The position numbers and the translations under genes were made by a program. The notes under the pieces are model-generated. The model did no database searches. It saw only the letters and a program-made list of their open reading frames with translations, and was not told the DNA's origin. A stretch of DNA of 64,000 nt from NCBI GenBank assembly GCA_943354965.1, contig CALRDN010000004.1, positions 13,121 to 77,120 on the forward strand, in the 5' to 3' direction. The DNA is from Candidatus Peribacteria bacterium. GTDB taxonomy: Bacteria > Patescibacteriota > Gracilibacteria > UBA1369 > UBA12463. Each line of letters starts with the position of its first letter. Positions within the stretch are counted from its first letter, which is position 1. Of the stretch, positions 36,424 through 46,422 are shown piece by piece.

Positions 36424-39400
36424 ATGTTCCAACCAAATCGTGAGTCTACCGCGAAAGTTATTGCTAGTATAACCCTCGGTGCCGCTTTGGCCGCTGTTGC
36501 GTTATATTTTATTTTCCCAACGCACAGAGTGCCCACCCTAAGCGCCAAAGATATCTCCCTGAGGGCGATTCAGGCCGATACATTAGGCATAGAAAAAGAT
36601 ACCGGATTTATTTTGACAAGCACAAAAGGCATTAGCGTAGATGATGTAAAAGAGGTGTTAAAAGTAAACCCACAAACCGAACTTACTTATACGCAAAAAT
36701 CAGCGAACGAGATTGAGTTCGTCGCAACCAAGCCACTTACAGCGAATAAAGTGTATCAGTTTAGTGTTCCTACAACCGAGCAAAAACTCTCATGGGCCTT
36801 CCAAGTAAAGGGTGAGTTCAGCGTAACCGGTACGTTGCCGGATACGAAACAAACAGGTGTTCCTCTGGACACTGGCATTGAAATTACCTTCACGCATGAG
36901 AACTTCAAAAACTTCGAGCAGTTCATCAGTATCTCGCCAAAAGTAGAGGGACGATTTGAAAAACACAAAAAAGTTCTCGTCTTCGTTCCAAAAAAACTTG
37001 AAACAAAAACAATCTATACCGTCACCGTCAAAAAAGGACTCCCGCTTGATGGATCCCCTATCATGCTTCAGGAAGACAAAGTAATACGCTTCGAAACAGC
37101 CTCATCGGAAGCCCGTGAACCAAGCATATTCGAGCTATCAGCAAACGAAATGCAGTTCGACACGGTCAATGATCAGGTGATGACCATATTCGGAAACAGC
37201 CTAAACACAGGAGATAAAATCGAGGCAACCATCTTCCAGTTTTCAAAAGCTCAAGACTATATCGACTCTTACAAAAAACTCCTCGGCACCAACTACTGGT
37301 CAACCTTCAACAAATATCAATTCGGAGATATTTCAAAAATTGCCACGAAGAAAAGTGTTCTTAATCTAGAAACAAAAGAAAGTTCCGGACAATCATTAGT
37401 GCTCTTTCCCGAAAAACTTCAAAAAGGTCTCTACCTCATAGCCCTCAAGCATCCCGCAATCGACGAACCTCGATATGCCTGGGTTCAGGTTACGGATATC
37501 GGCAGCTACATACAGCTAAACAAAAACAACGCTATCGTCTGGTCTCATGACTTGAAGACAAAAAATCCTTCCAAAAATGCAAAGGTAACATTTTCCAGCG
37601 GGGCTACGGCAACAACCGATAACCAAGGAATGGCTATAATTCCGGTACCGGAAGAATTTCATAAGGCAGAAAACGGTATCTCTACCATCACAGTAACGAG
37701 CTCAAATAACGACTCTGTCATAGCCTTTGTAAACAATTATTACGAAGACAAAAGAACATCCCAAGACTTCTGGAGTTACATCTCGACCGACAGGCCAACA
37801 TACAAACAAACAGACTCATTCTCGTATTGGGGGGTAGCAAAATCCAGGCGCCCAGAGGAGAAAGTAACGGAAGTCCATGCCACATTCCGATCTACGAGCT
37901 ACGATTACGAGTTCACAAATGGAGATGGTCAGCCAAAACTTTTTGATACAACGCTACCGGTAACAGCAAATGGTACATTCACCGGCGAATGGAAACTCCA
38001 AAATATCCCTACAGGATCATACATTATGGAGGTAACGGCAAATGGAATCGTCATCGCAACAAAATGGATCTCAATAGAGCAGTATATCAAACCAGCCTAC
38101 GCAATTGATATAGACTCATCCAGAGAGAATTACTTCACGGGAGAAAAAGCCCGTATCAATATTTTTGCCCATTTCTTTGATGGAACAGCCGTAGCGAACA
38201 AGCGTATTCGCGTAACGATGCGAGGATACCAGAACGTAGAAAAAATACTCACTACAGACGGACAAGGAAAAACATTTATTGATTTCATTCCACCCGCAAG
38301 CGAAACGGTATCAAATTATCCACGATATGAAACCATCCAAGCGACACCGGAATCCAATGAAGAAGGGGAAATCAGCTCAGATATAACGCTTTTCGTCTAT
38401 ACAACCGACATAAAAATTGAAACCGATACCGTCAGAAAAAACGGAAAAGATACGTTAAATATTCTCGTTCGAAAAATTGATCTGACAAAAGACGATATGA
38501 ATGGTGAGGTAATTCCAAACTATCCGGTCACACTCAGTCCTTTTGAGACTCATTATGAGAAAAACAAAACAGGAGAAAATTATGACTTTATAAGTAAAAA
38601 AGTCATCCCGATATATCAGTATAATGCTATCAAAACTCTCGGAACGGTCGCCACGCTGACAACGGACAAAAATGGAAAAATCGCATATACATTTGATTAC
38701 GAAGAGGGAAAATTTAAGACAGTAGAGATCGAAGCGAAAGATTCACTGCAGCATATAATAAAAACTACGGCATACTCCTACGACTATTCAGGATATATGT
38801 ATTTTGGAGAATCAGTGGACGTCACCCCGTCAAAATCAAAAGATGGATTCGCGATTAATGAGAAGGTCGAGCTACGCATAACAAAAGAGGAATTGCCGGC
38901 ACCAAAAGGAAACTACCTCTATTTGAAAACAAATTGGGAACAGACAAAAGGTTTTGCCTCGAGTGATCCAAATTTTTCTACAACATTTGGAGATGGCGAT
39001 TCGCCAGGATTTTCCGTAGATGTCATCTCGTTTACCGGATCAACCTACACAAAAATAGGAACTGGCTATGCTATGATTGATCAAAAGCAAAAGGATCTAG
39101 ATATCGAAATTCAAACGGACAAAACCAGATATCGACCGGGAGAAAATGTAGAATTAACAGTAAAAACAAAGAAGGATGGGAAAAATGTTTCGGGCGATGT
39201 GAACATAAACTTAATCGATGAGGCCTATTACAAACTCTATTATGGAACTGTAGATCCACTAAGATCGATCTATGGCAACAATATGCCGTGGTATTCCAGA
39301 CAATTTACCTTCTACAGTCACGTAACGATGACTTATGGAGGTGGAGCGGAAAAAGGTGGTGGAGGTGGAGATGATGTAAGAAGCAACTTCAAAGATAAAG

Positions 39401-41310
39401 CATTATTCAGAACCGTAACAACAGACGGCTCAGGCACCGCAAAAGTTTCATTCAAACTTCCTGATAATATTACATCATGGAGGGCTACGGCGCAGGGAGT
39501 AGATAGCAACATGAATGTCGGAGTCAGCATGAAGGCCATTCCGGTAGGACTCCCCTTCTTTATCGATGCGGTGATGGCTCCGGAATTTATCGTCTCAGAT
39601 AAGCCAATACTTCAAGTAGCAAGCTATGGTGATGCTATAACATCCGGTAATGAAGTTACCTATTCGTATGCAATTCCCGGACTCACCGTTGGGCAAGAAA
39701 CCGTTACGGGCAAAGGTCTCGGACGAGCTGATATTCCCCTACCAACACTCAAAATCGGAAAGTACAAAGTTACTATTTCGGCCACGACAAAAGGAAAAGA
39801 CGGAACAGAAATGAAAGATGCCATCGTCAGAGAGTTCACCGTCATTGAATCACGTCTCAGTAGTATCAAAATGTCAAAGATGGATCTCGCAGGAGCCAAA
39901 ACAGTTCCGAATGAGGTTTTTGGATCAACATCGGAGGTAACAATGAAGGTGCAGGAAGCCGAGAAGGCGCGCGCGTATGAAACTCTCTGGAACATGATAG
40001 ACCGATCGGGCGCGCGCCTCGACCAGCAAGCCGCCGAAGAGAAATCCGTTCAAATTTTGAAAAACTTCTTCAAAGAAGAAGTTCCGGAGCTCAGCACGAG
40101 CGTCTCGCTCGGTGAAATATACCAAGCGCCATCAGGAGGCATGCGTCTACTCCCCTACGCCAGCGACGACTTGGAACTCTCCGCAAAAACAGCACTACTA
40201 AGCGGAACAAGTGACACTACCGGCATCTCAAAAGAAAATCTCAGACTTTATTTCATGAAGATTCTCTCCGAAGAGCAGGCAAAGAAATTCCCTCTCGCCA
40301 CACGTGAACGATTCGTAATGGCCGTCAGCGGTCTCGCAGCACTCAATGAGCCGATATTACTTACTCTACAAAATCTCGCGAAAGAAGCTAACCTCACACC
40401 AATAGAGAAGCTCTACATTGCAGCAGGAGCCATGGCAATCGGCGACCAGCAAACAGCAGAAAACCTCGCCAAAGATCTTGTCACCAACAACCTTGAAAAA
40501 ATAAACGATTACAGTCGTCTCAAAGTCGGAAAAGACAATGATGATATTCTCGCCCATACAGCTCTCATGGCCGTGATCGCCGCAGACATTAACCTCTCCG
40601 AGTTCCAAAACTTGGCAACATATATAGCACAGCAACCTGGAAATGATATTCTTACCAGCCTGGAGCAGGTGTCTATCATCGAGAAGAGACTTCCATTTAT
40701 TCGTCAAGAGGATGCCACATTTGACTACTCCCTCAACGGAAAAAACGAACATGTAACGTTGAAAAATAATGAATCCTTCTCGGTGAATCTTTCAACGGAC
40801 ATGCTCAAATCTCTGACATTCGCAAATCCAAAAGGAGCGCTCACGGCTACCTTCCTCTATCATACACTCGCAAATAAATCTCAACTCAAATCCGATCCGA
40901 ACAAGAGTAATATCAAAATTTCTCACACCTACCAACTCCATGGCAAACCAACAACCTCCTGGTCAACAGGCGATATCGTATTCGTCGATATTCAGCCATC
41001 ATTAAGCCAAAATGCGCTAGAAGGCTGCTACACCATTACGGAACAACTCCCATCAAATCTCAAACCACTTTCATGGAATGTGCAGACGCTCGAAGAGGCA
41101 AATCAAAAAGAATATTACGGATCACGTCCATACGCGGTGAACGGTCAAACCGTCAAATACTGTGTATCAAAAGGATATAAACCAAGAATCCACTTCCCCG
41201 TCCGCGTCATCAACAAAGGAACATTCACTGCCGAACCAACCGTAATTCAAATGTCCTCAAAACCGGACATTGTAAACTCCACCAATGAAACTACTATCAC
41301 GGTTAAATAA
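36424..41310 (+). CDS. alpha-2-macroglobulin family protein, thioester-less, N-terminally membrane-anchored
   Basis: 1628 aa. TM anchor VIASITLGAALAAVALYFIF, many MG/Ig-like beta domains, Gly-rich stretch GGGAEKGGGGGDDVRSNFKDKALF, and DNITSWRATAQGV. A helical TED-like region reads LLPYASDDLEL where A2Ms carry PYGCxEQ. No CxEQ occurs anywhere in the protein. Confidence 0.85.
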   Translation: MFQPNRESTAKVIASITLGAALAAVALYFIFPTHRVPTLSAKDISLRAIQADTLGIEKDTGFILTSTKGISVDDVKEVLKVNPQTELTYTQKSANEIEFVATKPLTANKVYQFSVPTTEQKLSWAFQVKGEFSVTGTLPDTKQTGVPLDTGIEITFTHENFKNFEQFISISPKVEGRFEKHKKVLVFVPKKLETKTIYTVTVKKGLPLDGSPIMLQEDKVIRFETASSEAREPSIFELSANEMQFDTVNDQVMTIFGNSLNTGDKIEATIFQFSKAQDYIDSYKKLLGTNYWSTFNKYQFGDISKIATKKSVLNLETKESSGQSLVLFPEKLQKGLYLIALKHPAIDEPRYAWVQVTDIGSYIQLNKNNAIVWSHDLKTKNPSKNAKVTFSSGATATTDNQGMAIIPVPEEFHKAENGISTITVTSSNNDSVIAFVNNYYEDKRTSQDFWSYISTDRPTYKQTDSFSYWGVAKSRRPEEKVTEVHATFRSTSYDYEFTNGDGQPKLFDTTLPVTANGTFTGEWKLQNIPTGSYIMEVTANGIVIATKWISIEQYIKPAYAIDIDSSRENYFTGEKARINIFAHFFDGTAVANKRIRVTMRGYQNVEKILTTDGQGKTFIDFIPPASETVSNYPRYETIQATPESNEEGEISSDITLFVYTTDIKIETDTVRKNGKDTLNILVRKIDLTKDDMNGEVIPNYPVTLSPFETHYEKNKTGENYDFISKKVIPIYQYNAIKTLGTVATLTTDKNGKIAYTFDYEEGKFKTVEIEAKDSLQHIIKTTAYSYDYSGYMYFGESVDVTPSKSKDGFAINEKVELRITKEELPAPKGNYLYLKTNWEQTKGFASSDPNFSTTFGDGDSPGFSVDVISFTGSTYTKIGTGYAMIDQKQKDLDIEIQTDKTRYRPGENVELTVKTKKDGKNVSGDVNINLIDEAYYKLYYGTVDPLRSIYGNNMPWYSRQFTFYSHVTMTYGGGAEKGGGGGDDVRSNFKDKALFRTVTTDGSGTAKVSFKLPDNITSWRATAQGVDSNMNVGVSMKAIPVGLPFFIDAVMAPEFIVSDKPILQVASYGDAITSGNEVTYSYAIPGLTVGQETVTGKGLGRADIPLPTLKIGKYKVTISATTKGKDGTEMKDAIVREFTVIESRLSSIKMSKMDLAGAKTVPNEVFGSTSEVTMKVQEAEKARAYETLWNMIDRSGARLDQQAAEEKSVQILKNFFKEEVPELSTSVSLGEIYQAPSGGMRLLPYASDDLELSAKTALLSGTSDTTGISKENLRLYFMKILSEEQAKKFPLATRERFVMAVSGLAALNEPILLTLQNLAKEANLTPIEKLYIAAGAMAIGDQQTAENLAKDLVTNNLEKINDYSRLKVGKDNDDILAHTALMAVIAADINLSEFQNLATYIAQQPGNDILTSLEQVSIIEKRLPFIRQEDATFDYSLNGKNEHVTLKNNESFSVNLSTDMLKSLTFANPKGALTATFLYHTLANKSQLKSDPNKSNIKISHTYQLHGKPTTSWSTGDIVFVDIQPSLSQNALEGCYTITEQLPSNLKPLSWNVQTLEEANQKEYYGSRPYAVNGQTVKYCVSKGYKPRIHFPVRVINKGTFTAEPTVIQMSSKPDIVNSTNETTITVK

Positions 41311-42214
41311 TCTTTCTTCCAAGAAAAAAACAATGAGTGCCCTCGCATCTGCGGGGGTACTTGTTGGTATTATGGCGCTCGTACTCACGCTAAATGATTC
41401 CAATGCACAGGAATTCAATACGAATCACGCAAAAACTTTTTTCGAGGCAAGTGATTTCTATAGAGGTATAAAAGAAAAAAATCTCTTCACGCTCGACAAC
41501 CCAATCTACGGCGGCATAATTCCCCATCACCTCATTCCAAGCGATGGACTCAACACATACTTTTCTCAACTCCAAAAACAAAACCCAAAACGGATTATCC
41601 TCATCTCTCCCAATCATTTCCTTCAGGGGAATAGCAACTTCATAACAAGTCCATACGGATACAACACACCATTTGGCACGGTACGTATCGATAAAAATCT
41701 TTACGAAAAAATCACGAATCCATCAACTACTTCCGAAAAAAAACTCGACATCACGCGCAACGATAATGGCATGAATCTCGAACACGGCATCGGAAACCTA
41801 ACCTCATATATCAGCTACTACCTGCCGGAAACGACCATCATGCCTATAGCCGTCATGCCGACAACCACACCTCAGCAAATTGAAAATCTTGTCGCAAAAA
41901 TCGCACCACTTATAGATAAGGATACTATTCTTCTTGCCTCAATAGACTTTTCTCATTATCTTCCCGCAGAAATGGCAGCCAAAAACGACGAGACAACATG
42001 GAAACTAATTCAGGAGAGAAATTACAATGAAATCCTCGTCCTCAACAACAACGACTATCTCGACACACCACCCTCTCTCGTCACCATACTCAAAACCATG
42101 GAGCAGATCGGAGCAAAAAACATGAAACAGCCCTATCACAACAACTCAGGATTCATCATGCGCGACATGACCATGCCCACAACCAGTTACTTCATGCTTT
42201 CGTTTACAAAGTAA
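41285..42214 (+). CDS. MEMO1/AmmeMemoRadiSam-B-like protein with an N-terminal signal anchor
   Basis: 309 aa. GGIIPHHLIP, ILISPNHF, SIDFSHYL. The start overlaps A2M by 26 nt; the alternative ATG 41333 does not overlap. Confidence 0.65.
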   Translation: MKLLSRLNNLSSKKKTMSALASAGVLVGIMALVLTLNDSNAQEFNTNHAKTFFEASDFYRGIKEKNLFTLDNPIYGGIIPHHLIPSDGLNTYFSQLQKQNPKRIILISPNHFLQGNSNFITSPYGYNTPFGTVRIDKNLYEKITNPSTTSEKKLDITRNDNGMNLEHGIGNLTSYISYYLPETTIMPIAVMPTTTPQQIENLVAKIAPLIDKDTILLASIDFSHYLPAEMAAKNDETTWKLIQERNYNEILVLNNNDYLDTPPSLVTILKTMEQIGAKNMKQPYHNNSGFIMRDMTMPTTSYFMLSFTK

Positions 42215-42220
42215 GAATAA

Positions 42221-43339
42221 ATGTTCATAATAGGAAGGAAGATTCTTATTATTTCTTTATTCTATTCTTATATGGCAGATAATGTTGTTTCAGAAACAGT
42301 CCTCGGCAGTTCCGGGTTCTTCGGACGGTATGGACGTGGAGTCACAAACTCCATTAAGGGAATTGGTGGAGGTTTCACCTCAATCGCTCTCGGTTTTGCC
42401 ATTATTTATTTCACGGCAGGTATGACGGAAAATTCTGCAATCGTTCAGAAACTCGTTCTCACGCCGGCAGAAAACATAACAACCGCACAGACAGGACTCG
42501 TCAAAATCGCAGGAACACCAGTAGTATCATCAGCGCTCACTGCTCCAAAAAGCACAGAAAAAGTTCTCTATTACAAAGACACTATTGAAGAATTCAGAAA
42601 AATAGAAGAAACAACGGTTTCCACAAAAACCGTCCAAAAAGACGGCCAGGACGTTCAGCAACAGATCGAAAGTAAGCAATGGGTCGACAAGTGGATCGAC
42701 AAATCTGACACCACCAGCGGCACAAAATGGGCAAACTTTAGTCTAGGCGGTTCAAAAGTTCAGGTAGAGCCACAATCCAGCAGCGCGATGCTAAACACAA
42801 AAACATTCTTCAGCGAAGAAAAGCCTTTCGTAGATCCAAACCCAACGGTTGTTTCTCAGATAACCTACCTTGGAAAATCCGTAAACTCCTATCCGCCTAC
42901 CAAAACTCGTCAAATCGTCACGGGCATCACGGCAGATCAGCCGCTTATTGTTATTGGTGAGGTGAACAGCGGAGTAATTCGCTCTGGAAAGCCATTTATC
43001 GTCAGTAACAAAACAGATGCAGAAATCCTCGCCGACCTGAAGAGTACCGAAAAAATGATCTTCTGGATCACAAAAGGTCTCGCATGGCTCCTCATCGCAG
43101 GTGGTCTCACGGCGATAATCGGACCGATCTTCGCCGTACTTGATATTCTCCCGGGACTTGGTGGTGCGCTCAAATCCATCGTCTTCCTCGTCAATGGAGT
43201 CATCGCCGCTATTATCGTCTTCCTCGGCACACTCGTTATTGAATATTGGTACGTCGCTCTCGGAATACTTATTGCACTCATCGCCCTTCTCTTTGTCATG
43301 AAGAAAGGAAAATCAACAACCCCTTCAAGCGCTCAATAA
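42221..43339 (+). CDS. membrane protein, possibly TMEM43/DUF1625-like
   Basis: 372 aa (alternative ATG 42272). One N-terminal TM helix, a ~230-aa loop, and 3 C-terminal TM helices. The family call is tentative. Confidence 0.6.
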   Translation: MFIIGRKILIISLFYSYMADNVVSETVLGSSGFFGRYGRGVTNSIKGIGGGFTSIALGFAIIYFTAGMTENSAIVQKLVLTPAENITTAQTGLVKIAGTPVVSSALTAPKSTEKVLYYKDTIEEFRKIEETTVSTKTVQKDGQDVQQQIESKQWVDKWIDKSDTTSGTKWANFSLGGSKVQVEPQSSSAMLNTKTFFSEEKPFVDPNPTVVSQITYLGKSVNSYPPTKTRQIVTGITADQPLIVIGEVNSGVIRSGKPFIVSNKTDAEILADLKSTEKMIFWITKGLAWLLIAGGLTAIIGPIFAVLDILPGLGGALKSIVFLVNGVIAAIIVFLGTLVIEYWYVALGILIALIALLFVMKKGKSTTPSSAQ

Positions 43340-43340
43340 C

Positions 43341-44537
43341 GTGAAAGACAAGCGACAACTGATCGTCATTGCTACGATCCTTACGGATATGATAGGACTG
43401 GGAATTATCCTCCCAGTCCTTCCTATCTATGTTCAGCAATTCGGAATTTCCACATTTACTTTTGGGCTTCTCACTTCCATCTTCGCCCTTTTTTCATTTA
43501 TTGCAGGACCAATTCTCGGCACTCTCTCCGACAAATATGGACGTAGGCCAATTCTTATACTCAGTATCTTCGGAACAGCGATCGGATGGTATATGTTCGC
43601 CATGGCTCAGAGTATTTGGCTCATTTTCCTCGCTCGTGCCGTCGACGGCGCAACCGCTGGAAATATATCGGTCGCCCAGAGCTATCTCACCGATATCGCC
43701 ACTGATCACAAGGACCGAATCATGAAACTCTCCATGATCTCGACATGCATAGGCATCGGCTTCATTGCCGGTCCGGCCATCGGAGGGCTCCTTAGTGAGT
43801 TTTCTCAAACGCTTCCATTTTGGGTTACAGCAGGCATTGCAACAGTAAATGGTATTCTTGCCATCTTCTTCCTCCCGGAAAGCATCCGTGAAAAGAAAAA
43901 AGATCTCAAAATAGGGTGGAATCCCTTCAAGAGCATCTGGTACGCCATCTCAAATATAAAATATCGTACCTACATACTTCTCATCTTCTTCACCACACTC
44001 GCCTTCGAAAGTTATCATTCAAGTTTCTTCCTCTATGTCAGCAGACAGTTCGGCATGTCGCAGGCATCTTCAGGACTACTATTCTCAGGGATAGGAATTC
44101 TGATCGCTCTCAATCAGGTCGTACTCATGAAGCACTTCTGGCTCAAATTTTTCAAACCACACAAAGTACAAATCCTCACCGCAAGTGCTTTAATCCTCAT
44201 CTTTTTCGGACTCAGTCAGTTCTCGATGATTCCATTTCTTCTCACAATTTGCCTCCTAGGAGTCACCGAAGGAACACTCATCAGCATGAATAGCGGTGAA
44301 CTTTCAGGAGTCGCTCAGGAACACGAACGTGGCAAGATTATCGGCATCTCTCACTCTCTCGTCGCCCTTTCCCAAATGATAGGTCCCGCCGTCTCCGGCT
44401 ATGCAATGGACCACCATATCAGATGGCCATGGATGATCGCCTCTTTCTGGATGGTTGTCGTCCTGGGGATTATTATCGTCAAGAATAAACAACTCAAAAC
44501 AAGCGAGGTAAATCTAGAAACCGGCATAACCTATTAA
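43341..44537 (+). CDS. MFS transporter (drug:H+ antiporter-like)
   Basis: 398 aa, 12 TM helices. GxLSDKYGRRP motif (GTLSDKYGRRPIL). GTG start. Confidence 0.9.
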   Translation: MKDKRQLIVIATILTDMIGLGIILPVLPIYVQQFGISTFTFGLLTSIFALFSFIAGPILGTLSDKYGRRPILILSIFGTAIGWYMFAMAQSIWLIFLARAVDGATAGNISVAQSYLTDIATDHKDRIMKLSMISTCIGIGFIAGPAIGGLLSEFSQTLPFWVTAGIATVNGILAIFFLPESIREKKKDLKIGWNPFKSIWYAISNIKYRTYILLIFFTTLAFESYHSSFFLYVSRQFGMSQASSGLLFSGIGILIALNQVVLMKHFWLKFFKPHKVQILTASALILIFFGLSQFSMIPFLLTICLLGVTEGTLISMNSGELSGVAQEHERGKIIGISHSLVALSQMIGPAVSGYAMDHHIRWPWMIASFWMVVVLGIIIVKNKQLKTSEVNLETGITY

Positions 44538-44541
44538 AAAA

Positions 44542-44841
44542 ATGACGAAAAAGGAACTTCAAGCTGCCTACGACATAATTATGTCAGGGAAAGCCACGCT
44601 ACTCGACGTTCGAACGGAGCAAGAACGACAAGAAGATGGATTCGAGCCAAAAGCACTTCACATGGATTACGAGCTCTTCACTCAGGGGAAACTTCCAAAC
44701 GTACCAAAAGATACAACGATATATATTCATTGCCGATCGGGAGGTAGGGCAGGCGTTATCGCTCATGTAATGCAAATAAAAGGTTTCAAAAATACCTTCA
44801 ATCTAGGAGGCTTCAAGGACTGGCTCATGCTGAAAAAATAA
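44542..44841 (+). CDS. single-domain rhodanese sulfurtransferase
   Basis: 99 aa. Active-site loop HCRSGGRAG. Confidence 0.85.
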   Translation: MTKKELQAAYDIIMSGKATLLDVRTEQERQEDGFEPKALHMDYELFTQGKLPNVPKDTTIYIHCRSGGRAGVIAHVMQIKGFKNTFNLGGFKDWLMLKK

Positions 44842-44912
44842 AGAAGCATACTGTTGTCGCAGCTAATGTAATATGATACCATTCAAACGGTTTATATTTT
44901 TACTATTTCTCT

Positions 44913-45494
44913 ATGAATCTCTCTCGCACCGCAAAAATTTGGATCGGTATTGTTGCCGTAGTGTTGATTTTTGGCATGTGGCTCATGGGTTCATATAATA
45001 ATTTCGTAGGATTAGAAGAAAACGTGAAGACGAGCTTTGCCAATATGGATACACAGTACCAGAGACGTTATGATTTGATTCCTAATCTCGTCGCCTCCGT
45101 ACAGGGAACGCTCAAGCAGGAACAGGATATTTTTGGAAAGTTAGCGGAAGCACGAAAGCAGTATGGCACAGCAGGAAACGATATCAGCAAGAAGCAAGCA
45201 GCAGCCAAGGAATTAGAGACAGGCCTCGGCAGACTTCTCGTAATCATGGAGAATTATCCTAACCTGCGATCAGTTGAGGCGGTACAATCACTGATGATCG
45301 AGCTTGAGGCATCGGAAAATCGAGTATCTGTAGCTCGTGAACGCTACAACACCGCTGTTGAATCTCTCAATATCGGCACACGTCGATTCCCTGGAAATAT
45401 CGTTGCCGGAATATTCAACTTTGAGCAGAAACAGAGATTTGAGGCAGAAGTCGGAGCAAAAGTAGTTCCAAAAGTCGACCTAACGGTGAAGTAA
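44913..45494 (+). CDS. lemA: LemA family protein
   Basis: 193 aa. N-terminal TM helix, YNNFVGLEENV and RRYDLIPNLV. Confidence 0.9.
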   Translation: MNLSRTAKIWIGIVAVVLIFGMWLMGSYNNFVGLEENVKTSFANMDTQYQRRYDLIPNLVASVQGTLKQEQDIFGKLAEARKQYGTAGNDISKKQAAAKELETGLGRLLVIMENYPNLRSVEAVQSLMIELEASENRVSVARERYNTAVESLNIGTRRFPGNIVAGIFNFEQKQRFEAEVGAKVVPKVDLTVK

Positions 45495-45515
45495 CATACC
45501 AAACTCACTCTCAAT

Positions 45516-46421
45516 ATGAGGCACTTACGCTCACGAGTTCTACTGGGACTCATGACCATACTGATGATACTGCCAAACACTCCGGTGTTTGCAGCATCTG
45601 ATACGGTATACCCAAAACCTGCTACAGTAAGCGATTATACCGGAACACTTACAGGCGAAGAACAGGCCGCCCTCACGGAAAAAATTAATACATTCCGCCA
45701 AGAAACTTCCAACGAAATTGCCCTCCTTATCGTTAACACCACCGCACCGGAAACAATAGAGCAATACAGTATCCATGTCGCCGAACAGTGGAAAATTGGA
45801 AAGAAAGATATCGACAATGGATTGCTCTTCGTCATCGCGATTCAAGATCGTGAAATGAGGATAGAGGTTGGAAGAGGTCTAGAGGGCGTTCTCCCTGATC
45901 TTCTCACGACAATAATTCTCTCAAAATACACTACTCCGGAATTCAAGGCGGGAAACTATTTCAAAGGAATTAATGACACACTCGATGTAGTAATGGCAGC
46001 GGCAAAAAAAGAATTTAATACGGAAGAGCTTCTGAAGGGTGGCAGCGGGTCCTCTTCCGGAATAAGTGAAAACAATCTATCCTTCATTATATGGCTGGTA
46101 TTCATATTCGCCTTTAGTTTTGTGCAGTATTTAGCCAAAAGTAAGTCCTGGTGGCAGGGCGGTGTATTCGGCGGAGGTACAGCATTTATCTTGAGTCTTA
46201 TATTCTCCTTTGGCTTTACGTTGCTTATCGGAGTAACAATAAGCTTTGCACTTCTCGGATTCCTCATAGATTATGCCGTCTCAAAAAATCCCGACATATT
46301 TGGCGGAGGAAAAGGTGGTGGCGGATTCTTCTTCGGAGGAGGATCAGGAGGAAGCGGTGGAGGATTTAGTGGCTTCGGAGGAGGCGGATTCTCGGGCGGC
46401 GGCGGATCAGGACGCTGGTAA
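45516..46421 (+). CDS. TPM-domain (YgcG-like) protein with TM helices and a Gly-rich tail
   Basis: 301 aa. TPM pattern (VSDYTGTLTGEEQAAL, IALLIVNT, GLLFVIAIQDREMRIEVG). Classic LemA-TPM gene pair. Confidence 0.85.
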   Translation: MRHLRSRVLLGLMTILMILPNTPVFAASDTVYPKPATVSDYTGTLTGEEQAALTEKINTFRQETSNEIALLIVNTTAPETIEQYSIHVAEQWKIGKKDIDNGLLFVIAIQDREMRIEVGRGLEGVLPDLLTTIILSKYTTPEFKAGNYFKGINDTLDVVMAAAKKEFNTEELLKGGSGSSSGISENNLSFIIWLVFIFAFSFVQYLAKSKSWWQGGVFGGGTAFILSLIFSFGFTLLIGVTISFALLGFLIDYAVSKNPDIFGGGKGGGGFFFGGGSGGSGGGFSGFGGGGFSGGGGSGRW

Positions 46422-46422
46422 A

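Noticed and set aside
36424-41310. Functional thioester (CxEQ) in the alpha-2-macroglobulin
   Set aside because: Only two cysteines occur in 1628 aa, and neither is in a CxEQ context. GCYTITEQ is C-x5-Q in the C-terminal domain, not the TED site.
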